A stretch of 64,000 nt of DNA. Origin: an uncultured Acidimicrobiaceae bacterium. Its GTDB lineage: Bacteria; Actinomycetota; Acidimicrobiia; Acidimicrobiales; RAAP-2. Both the position numbers and the translations under genes were made by a program. Where the stretch lies: assembly GCA_963805665.1 (NCBI GenBank), contig CAWDVF010000011.1, positions 393,966-457,965 on the forward strand, in the 5' to 3' direction. A model generated the notes under the pieces. That model did no database searches and was not told the origin of the DNA. It saw nothing but the letters and a program-made list of their open reading frames with translations. Below are positions 42,316 through 55,503 of the stretch, one piece after another (position 1 is the stretch's first letter; every line of letters begins with the position of its first letter).

Positions 42316-43271
42316 TCACGGCGTCACCTCCGGCGCCGCACTCGTCACCCAGGCCAGGATCCCGCGCATGGCGGTCTGCCGGTGCGCCGCCTGGCGCCAC
42401 ACGACGCTGTGCGGGCCCTCGAGCACGGCGTCGGAGATCTCCTCGCCCCGGTGCGCCGGCAGGCAGTGCAGCACGACGACGTCGGGCGCGGCCTGCTCGA
42501 GCGAGCGCGTCGTCGATGGTGTAGCCCGGCGAAGGCGGCCAGGCGCTGCGGCCCGCTCCTCCTCTTGGCCCATGCTCGTCCACACGTCGGTGTAGAGCGC
42601 GTCGGCCCCGCCCTTGGCCGCCTGCGCCGGGTCGTCGGTCAGCTGCACCGAGCCGCCCCGCCCGGCGCCGTCCGCGAACGACTGTCAGCGCGGTCGAGCT
42701 CCTCGGCCGAGAACGAGTAGCCCGGCGGCGAGGCGACCCGCACATCCATCCCCTCGAGCAGCGCGGCCTTGACCAGCGAACGCGCACATGTTGTTGGCGT
42801 CGCCGATGTAGGCCAGGCGTGCGCCCGGCCAGCGGGCCCGAGCACCTCGCGCATCGTGATGACGTCGGCGATGGCCTGGCAGGGGTGCGCCTCGTCGGAG
42901 AGCAGGTTGACCACCGGCACGTCGAAGCCGCTGCCGGGCGAGCGCGACGGCCATGCGGCCGAGCACGTCGTGGTCGAAGACGCGGGCGCACAGGACGCGG
43001 TGGTAGCAGCCGAGCGTGCGGGCGACGTCCTCGGCGGTCTCGCGCACGTCGAGGCCGACCTCGGCGCCCTGGATGTAGACCGGGTGGCCACCCAGGTCGA
43101 CCACCGCCATCTCGGTCGAGTTGCGCGTGCGCGCCGAGGGCTTCTCGAAGAGCAGCGCCACGCCCTGGCCGCGCGAGCGGCTGCGGCGCCGGCGTCTCGA
43201 GCCCGCCCGCGAGGACGCGGTCCCAGCCGTGCGGGCCACAGGTCGTCGACGTCGAGCAGGTTCGTCACCAC
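42316..43271 (-). CDS. argF: Ornithine carbamoyltransferase; about 4 frame switches
   Basis: Fragments: FEKPSARTRNSTEMAVVDLGGHPVYI (in ORF 42685..44679), DVPVVNLLSDEAHPCQAIADVITMRE (ORF 42639..43271), YTDVWTSMGQEEE and VVVLHCLPAHRGEEISDAVLEGPHSVVW (ORF 42316..42648). Confidence 0.88.
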
Positions 43272-43280
43272 GGGACCGGT

Positions 43281-45431
<2,151 letters not shown>

Positions 45432-45435
<4 letters not shown>

Positions 45436-46610
45436 GACGTCGTCCGGTTCTCGTCGATGTAGCCGTAGCCGAGGTCGGTGCCCAGCACGACGGCCGTGGC
45501 CGGAGCCGAGCCCGAGGTCGCAGTCGATCTCGACGTGGCGCCCGGCCAGGTGGGTGGCCACGGCCGCCTCGTCGTGCGGCACGGCGATCCCGCCGGCGCA
45601 CACCACGATGCCCCCGTAGGCCACCGACACGCGGTCGATGTCGAAGGGCGTGCCGGCCGAGCCGAGCTCGCAGACGATGCGGCCCCAGTAGGGGTCCTCA
45701 CCGAACAGCGAGCACTGCACGAGCATGGAGTCCGCCACCTTGCGCGGCCGCGGTGTGCGCCGCCTCGTCGCTCGGCGCGCCGCGCACCGCGACGTGCGCG
45801 ACCTTGGTCGCGCCCTCGGCGTCGTCCACCATCTGCTCGGCCAGCGACGGCACAGGCCTCGGTCAGCGCCGCGGTCGAGCGCGGCCGGCGTCGGCGTCGC
45901 CCCGCGGCCGCTGGCCAGCACGAGCACGGTGTCGTTGGTCGACGTGCAGCCGTCGACGGTGATGGAGTTGAACGACGCCGCGACCGCGGCCCGCAGCGCC
46001 GCGTGCAGCGTGGGCGCGTCGACGGCGGCGTCGGTCGTGCAGAGCGCGAGCATCGTGGCCATGTTCGGCGCCAGCATGGCGGCGCCCTTGGCCATGCCGC
46101 CCACGGTGAAGCCCGGCGCCGGCGCACGACGACCTCCTTGGGGACGGTGTCGGTGGTCATGATGGCGCGGGCGGCCGCCGCGCCGGCCTCGCGGTCGCCG
46201 GCCCGCGGCCCCGACGATGGCGGCGAGACGGGGCTCGACCGTGTCGATCGGGAACGGGATGCCGATGAGCCCGGTCTGGCAGATCAGGATCTCGTCGCCG
46301 GACGGCACCGATGCCATCGGCCACGGCGGCGCACAGCCAGCTCGGCGGCGGCGCGGCCCGGCTCGCCGGTGGCGGCGTTGGCGTTGCCCGACGTGAGGAT
46401 GACACCGGCGGCGGCGGCCGCCGGTGGCGGCCAGGTGGGCGCGACTGACCTGGACCGGGGCCGCCGTGGCCAGGTTGGAGGTGAAGACACCGGCGCCGGG
46501 ACGGCCTGGCCGTCCTCGGTGGCGACGACGGCGACATCGGGCGCGTCGTTCGCCTTGATCCCGGCCGAGCCGCCGGTGGCGACGAACCCCTTCGGGGCGG
46601 TGACGCTCAC
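45432..46610 (-). CDS. argJ: Bifunctional glutamate N-acetyltransferase/amino-acid acetyltransferase; about 5 frame switches
   Basis: [34 protein letters not shown] (frame of ORF 46284..47450); ICQTGLIGIPFPID, GMAKGAAMLAPNMATMLALCTTDA and SITVDGCTSTNDTVLVLASG (in ORF 44758..47307); LGTDLGYGYIDENRTTS at the C-terminus. Confidence 0.88.
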
Positions 46611-47638
46611 GGGTACATCCCGGCGATGGGCAGGCCGGTCGTCTCGGGCAAGGTCGAGCGCGACGTTGGCGCACTGGATGGCCTGCCCCGAGGCGCCCTT
46701 CACGAGGTTGTCGAGCGCGCACAGCGCCACCACCCAGCCGGTGCGCGCGTCGACCCGCGCCGTGACGTGCGCGACGTTCGAGCCCGACGTGGCCTTGGTC
46801 GACGGCGGGTCGTCGGTCACCACGACGAAGGGCTCGTCGTCGTAGGCCTCGTGCAACGCCTCGAGGACGGTGGCCGTCGTCAGGGGGCCGGCGCCGGCCG
46901 CCGCGCCGACGGGGCGGGCGTAACAGGTGGCGAGGATGCCGCGGACCATCGGGGCGAGGTGCGGGGTGAAGAGCACCTGGGCCCCGAGGATCTGCTCCAT
47001 CTCGGGCGTGTGGCGGTGGGTCAGCAGGCCGTACGCGGTGAAGTCCTCGTCGACGGTCCCGAAGTGCAGGTTCTCCTTTGCGCCCCGCCCGGCACCCGAG
47101 ACGCCCGAGGCGGCGTCGACGACGATGCCGCTCGGCTCGACGAGCCCCGGCCGCAGCAGGGGGGCCAGGGCCAGGCCGGCGGCGGTCGGGTAACAGCCCG
47201 CGGCGGCGACGAGGGTCGCGCCGGGAAGGTCGTCGCGGAACAGCTCGGGCAGGCCGAAGACGGCCTCGGCCAACAGCTCGGGCGCGGCGTGCGCCTCGCC
47301 GTACCACTGCGGGTAGAGGGCGGGGTCCTTGAGGCGGAAGTCGGCGGCCAGGTCGACGATGCAGCCGACCCGGGCGCGCAGTTCGGGCACGAACTTCTGG
47401 GACTCGCCGTGCGGCAGGGCGCAGAAGACCAGGTCGAGGCCGTCGAGCACGGCCGGGTCGGTGTCCTCGTAGACCAGGCCGGGGTAGGCGGCGGCAGGGA
47501 CGGCGTGTGCCCGCCGACGGGCTGTCCGGCGTGCGAATGGGCGGTGACCACCCCCACCTCGAACTGCGGATGGGCGCTGAGCAGGCGCAACAGCTCCGCC
47601 CCGGTGTAGCCCGACGCCCCGATGATCCCGACCTTCAT
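46607..47638 (-). CDS. argC: N-acetyl-gamma-glutamyl-phosphate reductase; 1-2 frame switches near 47450-47500
   Basis: [28 protein letters not shown] (ORF 47021..47653, ATG at 47638), then ORF 46284..47450: [18 protein letters not shown]...[16 protein letters not shown]...[15 protein letters not shown]...[17 protein letters not shown]. Confidence 0.9.
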
Positions 47639-47645
47639 CGCATCA

Positions 47646-47674
47646 GTATACATATAAATGCATATTGATGCAGG
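47646..47674. promoter_or_regulatory. ARG-box-like operator upstream of argC
   Basis: An isolated AT-rich stretch, gtatacatataaatgcatattgatgcagg, lies 8-36 nt upstream of the argC start in otherwise ~70% G+C DNA. It contains the palindromic TGCAT-ATTG-ATGCA and an ATGCATA half-site of the kind bound by actinobacterial ArgR. Confidence 0.5.
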
Positions 47675-47739
47675 TCCGCGGCCTCATCAGGACGAGAAGA
47701 TCGGTCAGACCTCAGCGCAGCCGTGGCGACGCCCGGTGC

Positions 47740-48000
47740 TTACGGCACGGGGTCGCAGATGGAGCCGGCTCCGAGATGGACGAGGCCGCATATCCCATTG
47801 AGGGTCAAGCCCGCGACCTCCTGCACCAGTGCCGCCACGGTCGTGAGCACCGGGTCCAGGGGGTTGGACACAGCCTGCGTGGCAGGTCCGCCGCTCGTTG
47901 TCGTCGCCGCACCAGCGGGTGCGGCCACGAGACCAACACCCAGGCCGAGCGACGCGATTGCCGCGACCGCCACTCCTGCTCTTGCGATCCGCCTGCGCAT
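47740..48000 (-). CDS. Small secreted protein (86 aa, signal peptide, two Cys)
   Basis: The last 86 codons of ORF 47740..48534, from the ATG at 48000: MRRRIARAGVAVAAIASLGLGVGLVAAPAGA|ATTTSGG...LNGICGLVHLGAGSICDPVP. No family recognised. Confidence 0.5.
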   Translation of the reverse strand: MRRRIARAGVAVAAIASLGLGVGLVAAPAGAATTTSGGPATQAVSNPLDPVLTTVAALVQEVAGLTLNGICGLVHLGAGSICDPVP

Positions 48001-48140
48001 TCCGGGTTTCCCTTCTTGTTGCCCCGCCACCAGGTGCGTCTTCCGCCCGATTCCTCGCCGCAGTTCCCTGTCCGAATAACGACGCCCAACTGAAGTTGCA
48101 CACGGGCGAGCTGGGAGCGGGCTGGGTTCGACGTTCCCCC

Positions 48141-49208
48141 TCAGCCGACTCGATCCGGGGGCGGTGGCGGGCCGATCGGGCGGTGCCAGTAGGCCGAATG
48201 CGCCTCGACCCGGCAGCCGAGCTCGTCGTTGACGGCGATCATCGGCGCGTTCTCCGCGGCGTTCCAGGTGTTGATCCAGCAGACGGCGGGATGACGTTCC
48301 TGGACGGCCAGCAGGTTCGCCACCTTCACTGCGAAGCCGAGCCCGTGGCCGCGGTGCTCGCGCATGACGAGCGTGTCGTGCTGCCAGGCCGACACCGGCG
48401 CGCCGAGCGGCACGGCGACCTCCGTGAACGCGACGAGCCGGCCGCTGGCGTCGTGGCGTGCCGCGGTCGTGACCTTGGCCCGGTTCTGCGCGGCCAGAAG
48501 GGCCTCGAGGGCGCGCACGCGCCCGGCGTCCCACACCTCTTCGTCGACCTCCTGGTCCCCCACCGGCACGTCGGTCGACATGCGGCGCCCGAGCTCGCAG
48601 CGGTCATCGAGATACTCGTCGGGCCACCGGTCGGCGAAGGTCAGCAGCGAGTAGCCGGCCGGGGTGGCCTTGGGGTCCCGCCGCAGTGCCGCTGCGTGCT
48701 CGTCGTCGAGCGGCAGGTCGATGCGCCGGCGCACCATCCGCTGCGCCACGGTGAAGCCGAGGTGCCGGGCGAACGGCCCGGCCGTGTCGACGTAGCCGGC
48801 GCGCACGGGGGTCTCGTCCATGCCCGCCAGTTCGCTCCGGCCCGTCGCCGCGGCGATGCGTTCGGCCGCCTCGACGAGCGCGGTGCCGATGCCGCCACGG
48901 CGGTGCTCGCGGAGGACCCGCACGTCGAGGCGGGCGAGGTGGTGGTTCTCGCGGCGGAACATCTCGAGGTCGGCCACGCCGACGACGACCCCGTTCCGGC
49001 GCGCCGCCAGGGGCCGGTGCACCTCGGGCCCGTCCTCGTCAAGGGCCATGGCCAACCGCTCGGCGTACTGCCAGCCGGGTCCCTCGGGCGTGTGCTCCAT
49101 GTCCGTGCGGTGCCACACGGCGAACCACTCGTCGAAGGCGGGCCGGTCGCTGGGATCGACAGTCGCGACCGTGACGGCGACGGCGGCGGCGCGGGGCGGC
49201 CCGCTCAC
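48141..49208 (-). CDS. Two-domain GNAT family N-acetyltransferase
   Basis: Intact 355-aa ORF. Domain 1: LDVRVLREHRRGGIGTALVEAAERIA. Domain 2: LVMREHRGHGLGFAVKVANL...NAAENAPMIAVNDELGC. Confidence 0.8.
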   Translation of the reverse strand: MSGPPRAAAVAVTVATVDPSDRPAFDEWFAVWHRTDMEHTPEGPGWQYAERLAMALDEDGPEVHRPLAARRNGVVVGVADLEMFRRENHHLARLDVRVLREHRRGGIGTALVEAAERIAAATGRSELAGMDETPVRAGYVDTAGPFARHLGFTVAQRMVRRRIDLPLDDEHAAALRRDPKATPAGYSLLTFADRWPDEYLDDRCELGRRMSTDVPVGDQEVDEEVWDAGRVRALEALLAAQNRAKVTTAARHDASGRLVAFTEVAVPLGAPVSAWQHDTLVMREHRGHGLGFAVKVANLLAVQERHPAVCWINTWNAAENAPMIAVNDELGCRVEAHSAYWHRPIGPPPPPDRVG

Positions 49209-50227
49209 TGCGCCGTGAGGTGCTTCTGCCAGAAGGCGCCCTCGCTGGCGATCTCGAAGCCCAGCATGTCGTTGACGGCGATCATCGGTTCGTTGACTGA
49301 CGCGTTGCCCGTCTGCACGAGGCGCACCCCCGGCGCGCGCTGGGCCAGGAAGTCAAGGTTCGCGAGCTTGACGGCCAACCCGAGGCGATGTCCCCGGTGG
49401 TCGGGGTGCACCACGGTGATCATCTGCCACGCCTGGGCCGGCGCGTCGTCGGCGATGAGCAACTCGGTCATGGCCACGAACTGCCCCGACAGAACGTGTT
49501 GCGCCACGGCCGCGAGCTTGCGGACGCCACGCGCGGCCAACAACTCGTCGTTCTCGCGGAGGCGCTCCTCGTCCCAGTGCTCCGCCTGGCGCTCGCCGTC
49601 GCCGGCGGGCTCGTCGGTGGACATGACCCGGAGGAGCGTGCACTCGTCATCGAGCGATTCGGGCGGCCACGGCGTCTCGAACGCGTCCGTTCGGTAGTCC
49701 GAGGCATCAGGGGCGCGGGCGACCGCGTCGCGCAGGTCGTCGTGGCGGGTCTCGGGGAGCGGGAGGTGCAGGTGACGCATGTTCCCCGACAGCGTCGACG
49801 TAAAGCCGACCTGGGGTGCGAAGTGGCGCGACGCCTGGTCGGCGCCGGGGGTCAGCGGCACATCGACGATCGTGTTGAGGGTCCGCCGACCGTTCGCCGC
49901 GGCGCGGGCACCCATCGCATCGACGATCGCCGTCCCCGCGCCGCGGCGCCGGTGGTCGGGGTGGACGGCCACCACGATCTCGGCGCTGTGGGGATTCTCC
50001 AGGAGGGGGAATTCCATGAGGCCGATCCCGAGGATGGGGCCGCCCGGCTCCGACGCCGCCAGCAGCTCCCAGCGCCGGCTCTTGCCCTCGAACCGCGCGT
50101 AGGCACGCAGGTCGGCCAGCTGATACCCGCTCACGTCGGGCCACATGTCCTTGTCCGACGCCACGAGGACGGCGGCGAATTCGGCCAACCCGTCCTCGTC
50201 GTCGGGATCGATCAGTCGGACCTCCAC
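49205..50227 (-). CDS. Two-domain GNAT family N-acetyltransferase (paralog of the downstream gene)
   Basis: C-terminal 340 codons of ORF 49205..50647, from the GTG at 50227: VEVRLIDPDDEDGL...VAVHPDHRRRGAGTAIVDAM...VVHPDHRGHRLGLAVKLANL...NASVNEPMIAVNDMLGF. Its stop overlaps the next gene's start (GTGA at 49205-49208). Confidence 0.8.
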   Translation of the reverse strand: MEVRLIDPDDEDGLAEFAAVLVASDKDMWPDVSGYQLADLRAYARFEGKSRRWELLAASEPGGPILGIGLMEFPLLENPHSAEIVVAVHPDHRRRGAGTAIVDAMGARAAANGRRTLNTIVDVPLTPGADQASRHFAPQVGFTSTLSGNMRHLHLPLPETRHDDLRDAVARAPDASDYRTDAFETPWPPESLDDECTLLRVMSTDEPAGDGERQAEHWDEERLRENDELLAARGVRKLAAVAQHVLSGQFVAMTELLIADDAPAQAWQMITVVHPDHRGHRLGLAVKLANLDFLAQRAPGVRLVQTGNASVNEPMIAVNDMLGFEIASEGAFWQKHLTAQ

Positions 50228-50285
50228 CCGGCCACCTTGCCACGATCGGGCGGGCAAAACGGACGCGCACGAAGGTCCGCTCGGG

Positions 50286-52852
50286 TCAGCGCAGGACGGC
50301 GCCGTACTCCTTCTCGACCGTCTCGATGCAGCGAGCGCGGCAGCGCGCCGACCTCTTCGTCGGTCAGCGTGCGCTCCGGCGAGCAGAAGCGCAACCGGTA
50401 GGCGAGGCTGCGGGCGTCCGCCGCGATCCCGGTGCCGCGGTAGACGTCGAACAGGCGCACGGACTCGAGCAGGTCGCCCGCCGCCGTCCGCAGGGCGTCG
50501 GCCACGGCGTCGGCCGGGTATCGGTCCTCGACCACGAAGGCCAGGTCGATGTCGGACGAGGGGAAACGGCTGACCGCACCACCGACCACGGTCCGGCGGG
50601 GCACCCGGTCGGCGTCGAAGAGCAGGCCGAGGTCGACCTCGAGCCACCCGATGCGCCGGGCCGCGGTGCCGTTGCCCGCCGCCCGGGTGAGGCCGAACGT
50701 CGTGGCGACAGCCGGATCGATCTCGCCGACCGAGCCGATCGTGAGGTGCTCGTCGCTGCCGCCCGACGCGCTGACCACGAGGTGGGCCGAGCGGGTCGGA
50801 TGCAGGCCTGGCAGCGGCGGCCGCCCGTCACCGGGCGGGAGCAGCCGGACCCGGTCGAGGTGGAAGGCGTCGGCCACCACCTGCCACGCCGCAACGGCCA
50901 AGCGGGCGTCGTCGTGCTCCTGGGCGAACACCGCGGTGAGCAGTTCGCGTTCGCCGGGCAACGCTGCGGTCTCCCGCCCGCCGGCGCCGGCGCGCTCGAC
51001 GACCCGCGGCGAGCCCTCGTCGGGATGCGAGAACACGACCCCCACCTCGAACAGCCGCACGTCGGGCTGGCGCCGGCTGGCGTTGTACGACAGCGCGCCG
51101 AGCAGGCCGGGCATCAGGCTCCGGCGCAGGAACGGCTTCTCGGCGTCGAGCGGGTTGGCCACCCGCACCTCGGGACCGGTGAGGCCCACGTCGGCGTGCG
51201 CGGACGCGGACACGAAGCTGTCGGTCCACCCCTCGGAGGCGCCCAGACCGCACAGCACGTCCTTGGCCAGTCGCCGCGAGCGCTGCAAGGTGGTGAGCCC
51301 TCCGGGCTGCGGCCAGGTCGGGACGTGGCGCGGCACGTTGGAGTAGCCGAACGTCCGGGCGATCTCCTCGATGACATCGTCGATGCCGAAGGGCTCGGGG
51401 CGCACGTCGGGCCGGTTGGTCGGCACCTCGACCACGAGGCTGGTGCCGGCCGACCCGGAACGGGCGCCGGTCCCCTCCAGCACCGCGAACCCGATGGGCT
51501 CGATCAGCCGTGCGATCTCCTTCGCGTCGAGCTCGACGCCGATCTGGCGGTGCACCCGGGCGATCGGCACAGAGACCACGAACGGCTCGGGCACGTCGCC
51601 GACGCACATCGAGCAGGCCGTCCGCAACGCGAAGGTCCGGCACGCTCTCGGCCAGGAGCTGGCAGAAGCGGCGGACCGACGGTTCGATCCCCCACGGGTC
51701 GCACCCCCGCTCGAAGCGCGCCGAGGCCTCGGTGCGCAGGCCGAGCCGCTTGGAGGTGCGGGCGATCGCCATCGGCGTGAAGTAGGCCGCCTCGAGCAGC
51801 ACCTCGGTGGTGGACGCCCGAGATCTCCGAGGACGCGCCGCCCATGATGCCCGGCGATCCCCACCGGGAGCGCCGTCGGCGTCGCAGATGAGGCAGTCGT
51901 CGCCGGTGTCGCCCAGGCTCCGACCCGGCACCCCGGTCGTGCGCTCGATCCCGTCGAGCGTGACGAGCGTCTCGCCCGGCTCGGCCCGGCGCACGCGCAG
52001 CCCGCGTCCGGGCAGCAGCGCGAGGTCGTAGGGGTGGGTGGGCTGGCCGAGCTCGAGCATCACGTAGTTCGACGCGTCGACCACGTTGTTGATCGGGCGC
52101 ATGCCCGGCCAGCAGCAGCCGGCGGGCGATCCACTGCGGCGACGGCCCGACCGTCGACGTCGTCGCAGCACGGTGACGGTGAGGCGGGGGCACAGGTCGA
52201 GGCGACGTCCACGGCGGCCGACGCGGCGGACTCGACGGGGCGGCCGCTCGCCGGCGGATCGGGCGGCTCGGGATCGGCGAAGGGCAGGCCGAGGCGGGCG
52301 GCCAGGTCGCGGGCGATGCCGGCCATCGACCAGGCGTCCGGGCGGTTGCCCTCGACGGTGATGTCGAACACCACGTCGGGCTCGAGCCCGAGCGCCTCGG
52401 TGAGCGGCGTGCCGGGGTCGCCCGGCGCCTCGTCGCCCAGGATGAGCAGGCCGGCCTCGTCGTCGGAGAGCCCGAGCTCGCTTGCCCGAGCACAGCATGC
52501 CGTTGGAGACGACGCCGCGCATCTTGCGTCGGCCGATCTCGAAGCCGCCGGGCAGGATCGCGCCCGACCGGGGCCAGCGGGACCCGGTCGCCGACCGTCG
52601 AAGTTGTCACGCCCCGCACACGATCTCGAGCGGACTCGGCCGCCGGCGTCGACCGTGACCCGGCGGATCTTGTCGGCGCCCTCGATGGCGTCGATCTCGA
52701 GCACCCGGGCCACGACGACGTCGTCGAGGCCCTCGCCGACGCGCTCGATCCCCTCGACGACCAGGCCCAGGTCGTCGAGCGCGGCGCGCAGCGCCGCCGA
52801 CGTCGTCGGGGAAGGGGGCGAAGTCACGGAGCCAGCTGAGCGGGGCGCGCAC
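50286..52852 (-). CDS. pheT: Phenylalanine--tRNA ligase beta subunit; about 6 frame switches in the 5' third and one near the stop, middle 1.6 kb clean
   Basis: [17 protein letters not shown] (GTG at 52852), [59 protein letters not shown], and the long clean block in ORF 50212..51864 (...[32 protein letters not shown]...[25 protein letters not shown]...). The C-terminus is restored as ...[16 protein letters not shown]-stop at 50286-50288. Confidence 0.9.
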
Positions 52853-52893
52853 GATAGGTGGGAGGTGTCTTTCCGTTCGTCGGTGTGGTCAGG

Positions 52894-53971
52894 TCAGAAC
52901 TGCGAGAGGAAGCGGATGTCGTTCTCCACGAAGGAGCGCATGTCGGCGACCTCGTGGCGCATCTGGGCCAGGCGGTCGATGCCGAAGCCGAAGGCGAAGC
53001 CCGGACCACTCGTCGGGGTCGATGCCCGACGGCGGCGAACACCGCCGGGATCGACCATGCCGCAGCCGCCGAGCTCGATCCAGCCCGTGTGCGAGCAGGT
53101 GCGGCAGCCCTCGCCCCGGCAGATGGTGCAGGTGATCTCGAACTCGGCCGACGGCTCGGTGAAGGGGAAGTACGCCGGCCGCAGGCGCGACTGCATGCCG
53201 GCGCCGAAGTAGGCCTCGGTGAAGGCCTCGATGGTGCCGGCCAGGTCGCCGAAGGTGATGCCACGGTCGACCACCAGGCCCTCGATCTGGTTGAAGACCG
53301 GCAGGTGGCGGGCGTCGGGGGTGTCGCGCCGGAAGCACTTGCCCGGCATCACGGCGTGGATCGGCAGCGTCCCGCTCGCACCGCCTCCTCCATGAGGTGG
53401 ATCTGCACCGGCGAGGTGTGGGTGCGCAGGAGCACCGTCTCGGGCTCGCCGATCTCGAGGTACATGGTGTCGTACATGCCGCGGGCCGGGATGGGCCGGC
53501 GGCATGTTGAGGGCCTCGAAGTTGTACCAGTCGGTCTCGGCCTCGGGCCCCTCGGCCACCGCGAAGCCCATGCCGACGAAGACGTCCTCGAGCTCGTCCC
53601 GCGCCTGGGTCACCAGGTGGAGGTGGCCCCGGGCGGGCGGCGACAGGACCGACGACGGGATCACCTCGGTGAGATCGAGGCGGTCGGCGCGGAGGGCCTC
53701 GCCCCGTTCGGCCTCGACCAGCTCGGCTCGCCGGGCGGCGGCCATGGTCTCGAGGCGCGTCGCGGACCTCGTTGAGCCGGCGACCGGCCTCCTTGCGCTC
53801 CTCGGGGCTGAGCGCTCCGAGGGAGCGATGGGCGCGGGTCAGCACGGAGCGCTTGCCCAGCAGTTCGCTCTCGACCTCGCTCAGGGCATCGGTCGACGAG
53901 GCGGCCGCGATGGCCCGTTCGCCGTCGCCGGCGATGCCTTCGATGTCGAGTTCCACGTTGTCGGTCACCAT
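52894..53971 (-). CDS. pheS: Phenylalanine--tRNA ligase alpha subunit; about 4 frame switches
   Basis: N-terminus in ORF 52889..53971: SEVESELLGKRSVLTRAHRSLGALSPEERKEAGRRLNEVR. Catalytic part in ORF 52894..53745: HLHLVTQARDELEDVFVGMGFAVAEGPEAETDWYNFEALNMP...FNQIEGLVVDRGITFGDLAGT...RLRPAYFPFTEPSAEFEI...GWIELGGCGMVDP...GFAFGFGIDRLAQM. Confidence 0.9.
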
Positions 53972-54822
53972 GTCGATTCGTCCACGTTCCCCGAAATGCT
54001 ACGCGCCCCGGCACTCCCTCCTCGGCGCTGGCGGAACGCCTCGAAGCGACGACCGCACTGGCCACGCCCACGTTGAGCGACTCCGCCCGGCCCGCCATCG
54101 GGAATGGCGACGGTGCCATCGAGCTCGGCGGCCAGGCCGAGGTCGAGCCCGGAGGACTCGTTGCCGAAGAACACCGCCGTCGGCACCGACCAGTCGAGCC
54201 CGGCGTAGTCGTCGCCGTCGCGCACGACGGTCGCCAGGGTGCGGTAGCCGGCCTCGGCCAGGTCCGCCGCCAGCGCGGCGGCGTCGTCGCGGACCGAGAA
54301 GGGAACATGGAACAGCGAACCCGCCGACGACCGCACCGTCTTGGGGTTGTACGGATCGACCGATTCGCCGGCGAAGACGACCGCGCCCGCACCGGCGGCG
54401 TCGGCGGCCCGCAGCACGGTCCCGGCGTTGCCGGGGTCCCGCACGTCGACCAGCACGATGACCAGGGAACCGGGGCCGGCCGATACGGTCGCCGACGCGA
54501 CGTCATCGAGCATGGGTACGACGGCGAGCACCGGCTGGGGCGTCACCGTGTCGGCGACGCGCTCGAGGACGCCGGCGGCCAGCGGGAACACCCGGACTCC
54601 GGCGGCGGCCGCCCGACGACACACGTCCTGGGTGGCCGGATCGCCGTCGCCGGCGGGCGCCACGTAGATCGACTCGACCGGCGCGCCGGCCTCGAGGGCA
54701 CAGCGGAGCAGCTCGGCTCCCTCGGTCACGAAGGCGCGTTCGCTCCAGCGCGACGAACGCTTCTGCAGCAGCCCGCGCAGCCGGCGGACCCGCCGGTGCG
54801 TGAAGGCCAGCCGCTGGGTCAG
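53965..54822 (-). CDS. TrmH/SpoU-family RNA 2'-O-methyltransferase (TsnR position); two compensating frame switches near the 3' end, start unresolved
   Basis: ORF 53965..54729: [27 protein letters not shown]...[19 protein letters not shown]...FGNESSGL. The motif [18 protein letters not shown] is in a second frame. Similarity continues upstream ([26 protein letters not shown]) to 54822 with no canonical start codon in frame. Confidence 0.75.
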   Translation of the reverse strand: MTQRLAFTHRRVRRLRGLLQKRSSRWSERAFVTEGAELLRCALEAGAPVESIYVAPAGDGDPATQDVCRRAAAAGVRVFPLAAGVLERVADTVTPQPVLAVVPMLDDVASATVSAGPGSLVIVLVDVRDPGNAGTVLRAADAAGAGAVVFAGESVDPYNPKTVRSSAGSLFHVPFSVRDDAAALAADLAEAGYRTLATVVRDGDDYAGLDWSVPTAVFFGNESSGLDLGLAAELDGTVAIPDGGPGGVAQRGRGQCGRRFEAFRQRRGGSAGARSISGNVDESTW

Positions 54823-55202
54823 GAAGCGACCTCGGCCACGGGCGCGCTCGCCAGCGCATCCTGCGCCGTGCTGACGAGTGCGGCAAAGGCTTCGGGCTCG
54901 CTCACGGCGAGGTCGGCCAGCACCTTGCGGTCGACTTCGACGCCGGCCAGGTGCAGTCCGTTGATCAGGCGGCTGTAGCTGATGCCGTTCAGGCGGGCGC
55001 CGGCGTTGATGCGCTGGATCCAGAGCTTGCGAAAGTCGCCCTTGCGCGCCCGACGGTCGCGGTAGGCGTACTGCATCGAGTGCATGAGCTGCTCGTTGGC
55101 CGCCCGGTAGGAACGGCTCTTGTTCCCGTAGTACCCCTTCGCCTGTTCGAGGACGGCGCGGTGGTGCTTGCGGCCGTGGACGGACCGCTTCACTCTGGCC
55201 AT
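54819..55202 (-). CDS. rplT: 50S ribosomal protein L20
   Basis: Intact: [70 protein letters not shown]. Confidence 0.97.
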   Translation of the reverse strand: MARVKRSVHGRKHHRAVLEQAKGYYGNKSRSYRAANEQLMHSMQYAYRDRRARKGDFRKLWIQRINAGARLNGISYSRLINGLHLAGVEVDRKVLADLAVSEPEAFAALVSTAQDALASAPVAEVAS

Positions 55203-55304
55203 GGGGGTGCTCCTCTCTCGAGATGTCTTGTTCGGTTGGGTCAGCCCCGGCGCGGTGGTCCGCGGCTGGGGGCTCTGGTTCGGTGGTCGGGGGTGGACGG
55301 CCGC

Positions 55305-55499
55305 TCAGATGCCGAGCATCCGGCGCACTGCCTTCTCGTCCGACTTCGAGATGTCCGTCTCGCGCCCGAGCCGCCGTGTGCGCACGCTGCTCTTCTTCTC
55401 GAGAATGTGCGAGCGGAAGGCCTTGCGGCGGCGCAAGCGCCCGCTGCCGGTCACCTTGATCCGCTTGGCGGCACCTCGGTCCGTCTTCATCTTCGGCAT
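55305..55499 (-). CDS. rpmI: 50S ribosomal protein L35
   Basis: MPKMKTDRGAAKRIKVTGSGRLRRRKAFRSHILEKKSSVRTRRL, from the internal ATG (55499) of ORF 55305..55550. Confidence 0.95.
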   Translation of the reverse strand: MPKMKTDRGAAKRIKVTGSGRLRRRKAFRSHILEKKSSVRTRRLGRETDISKSDEKAVRRMLGI

Positions 55500-55503
55500 G
55501 GCG

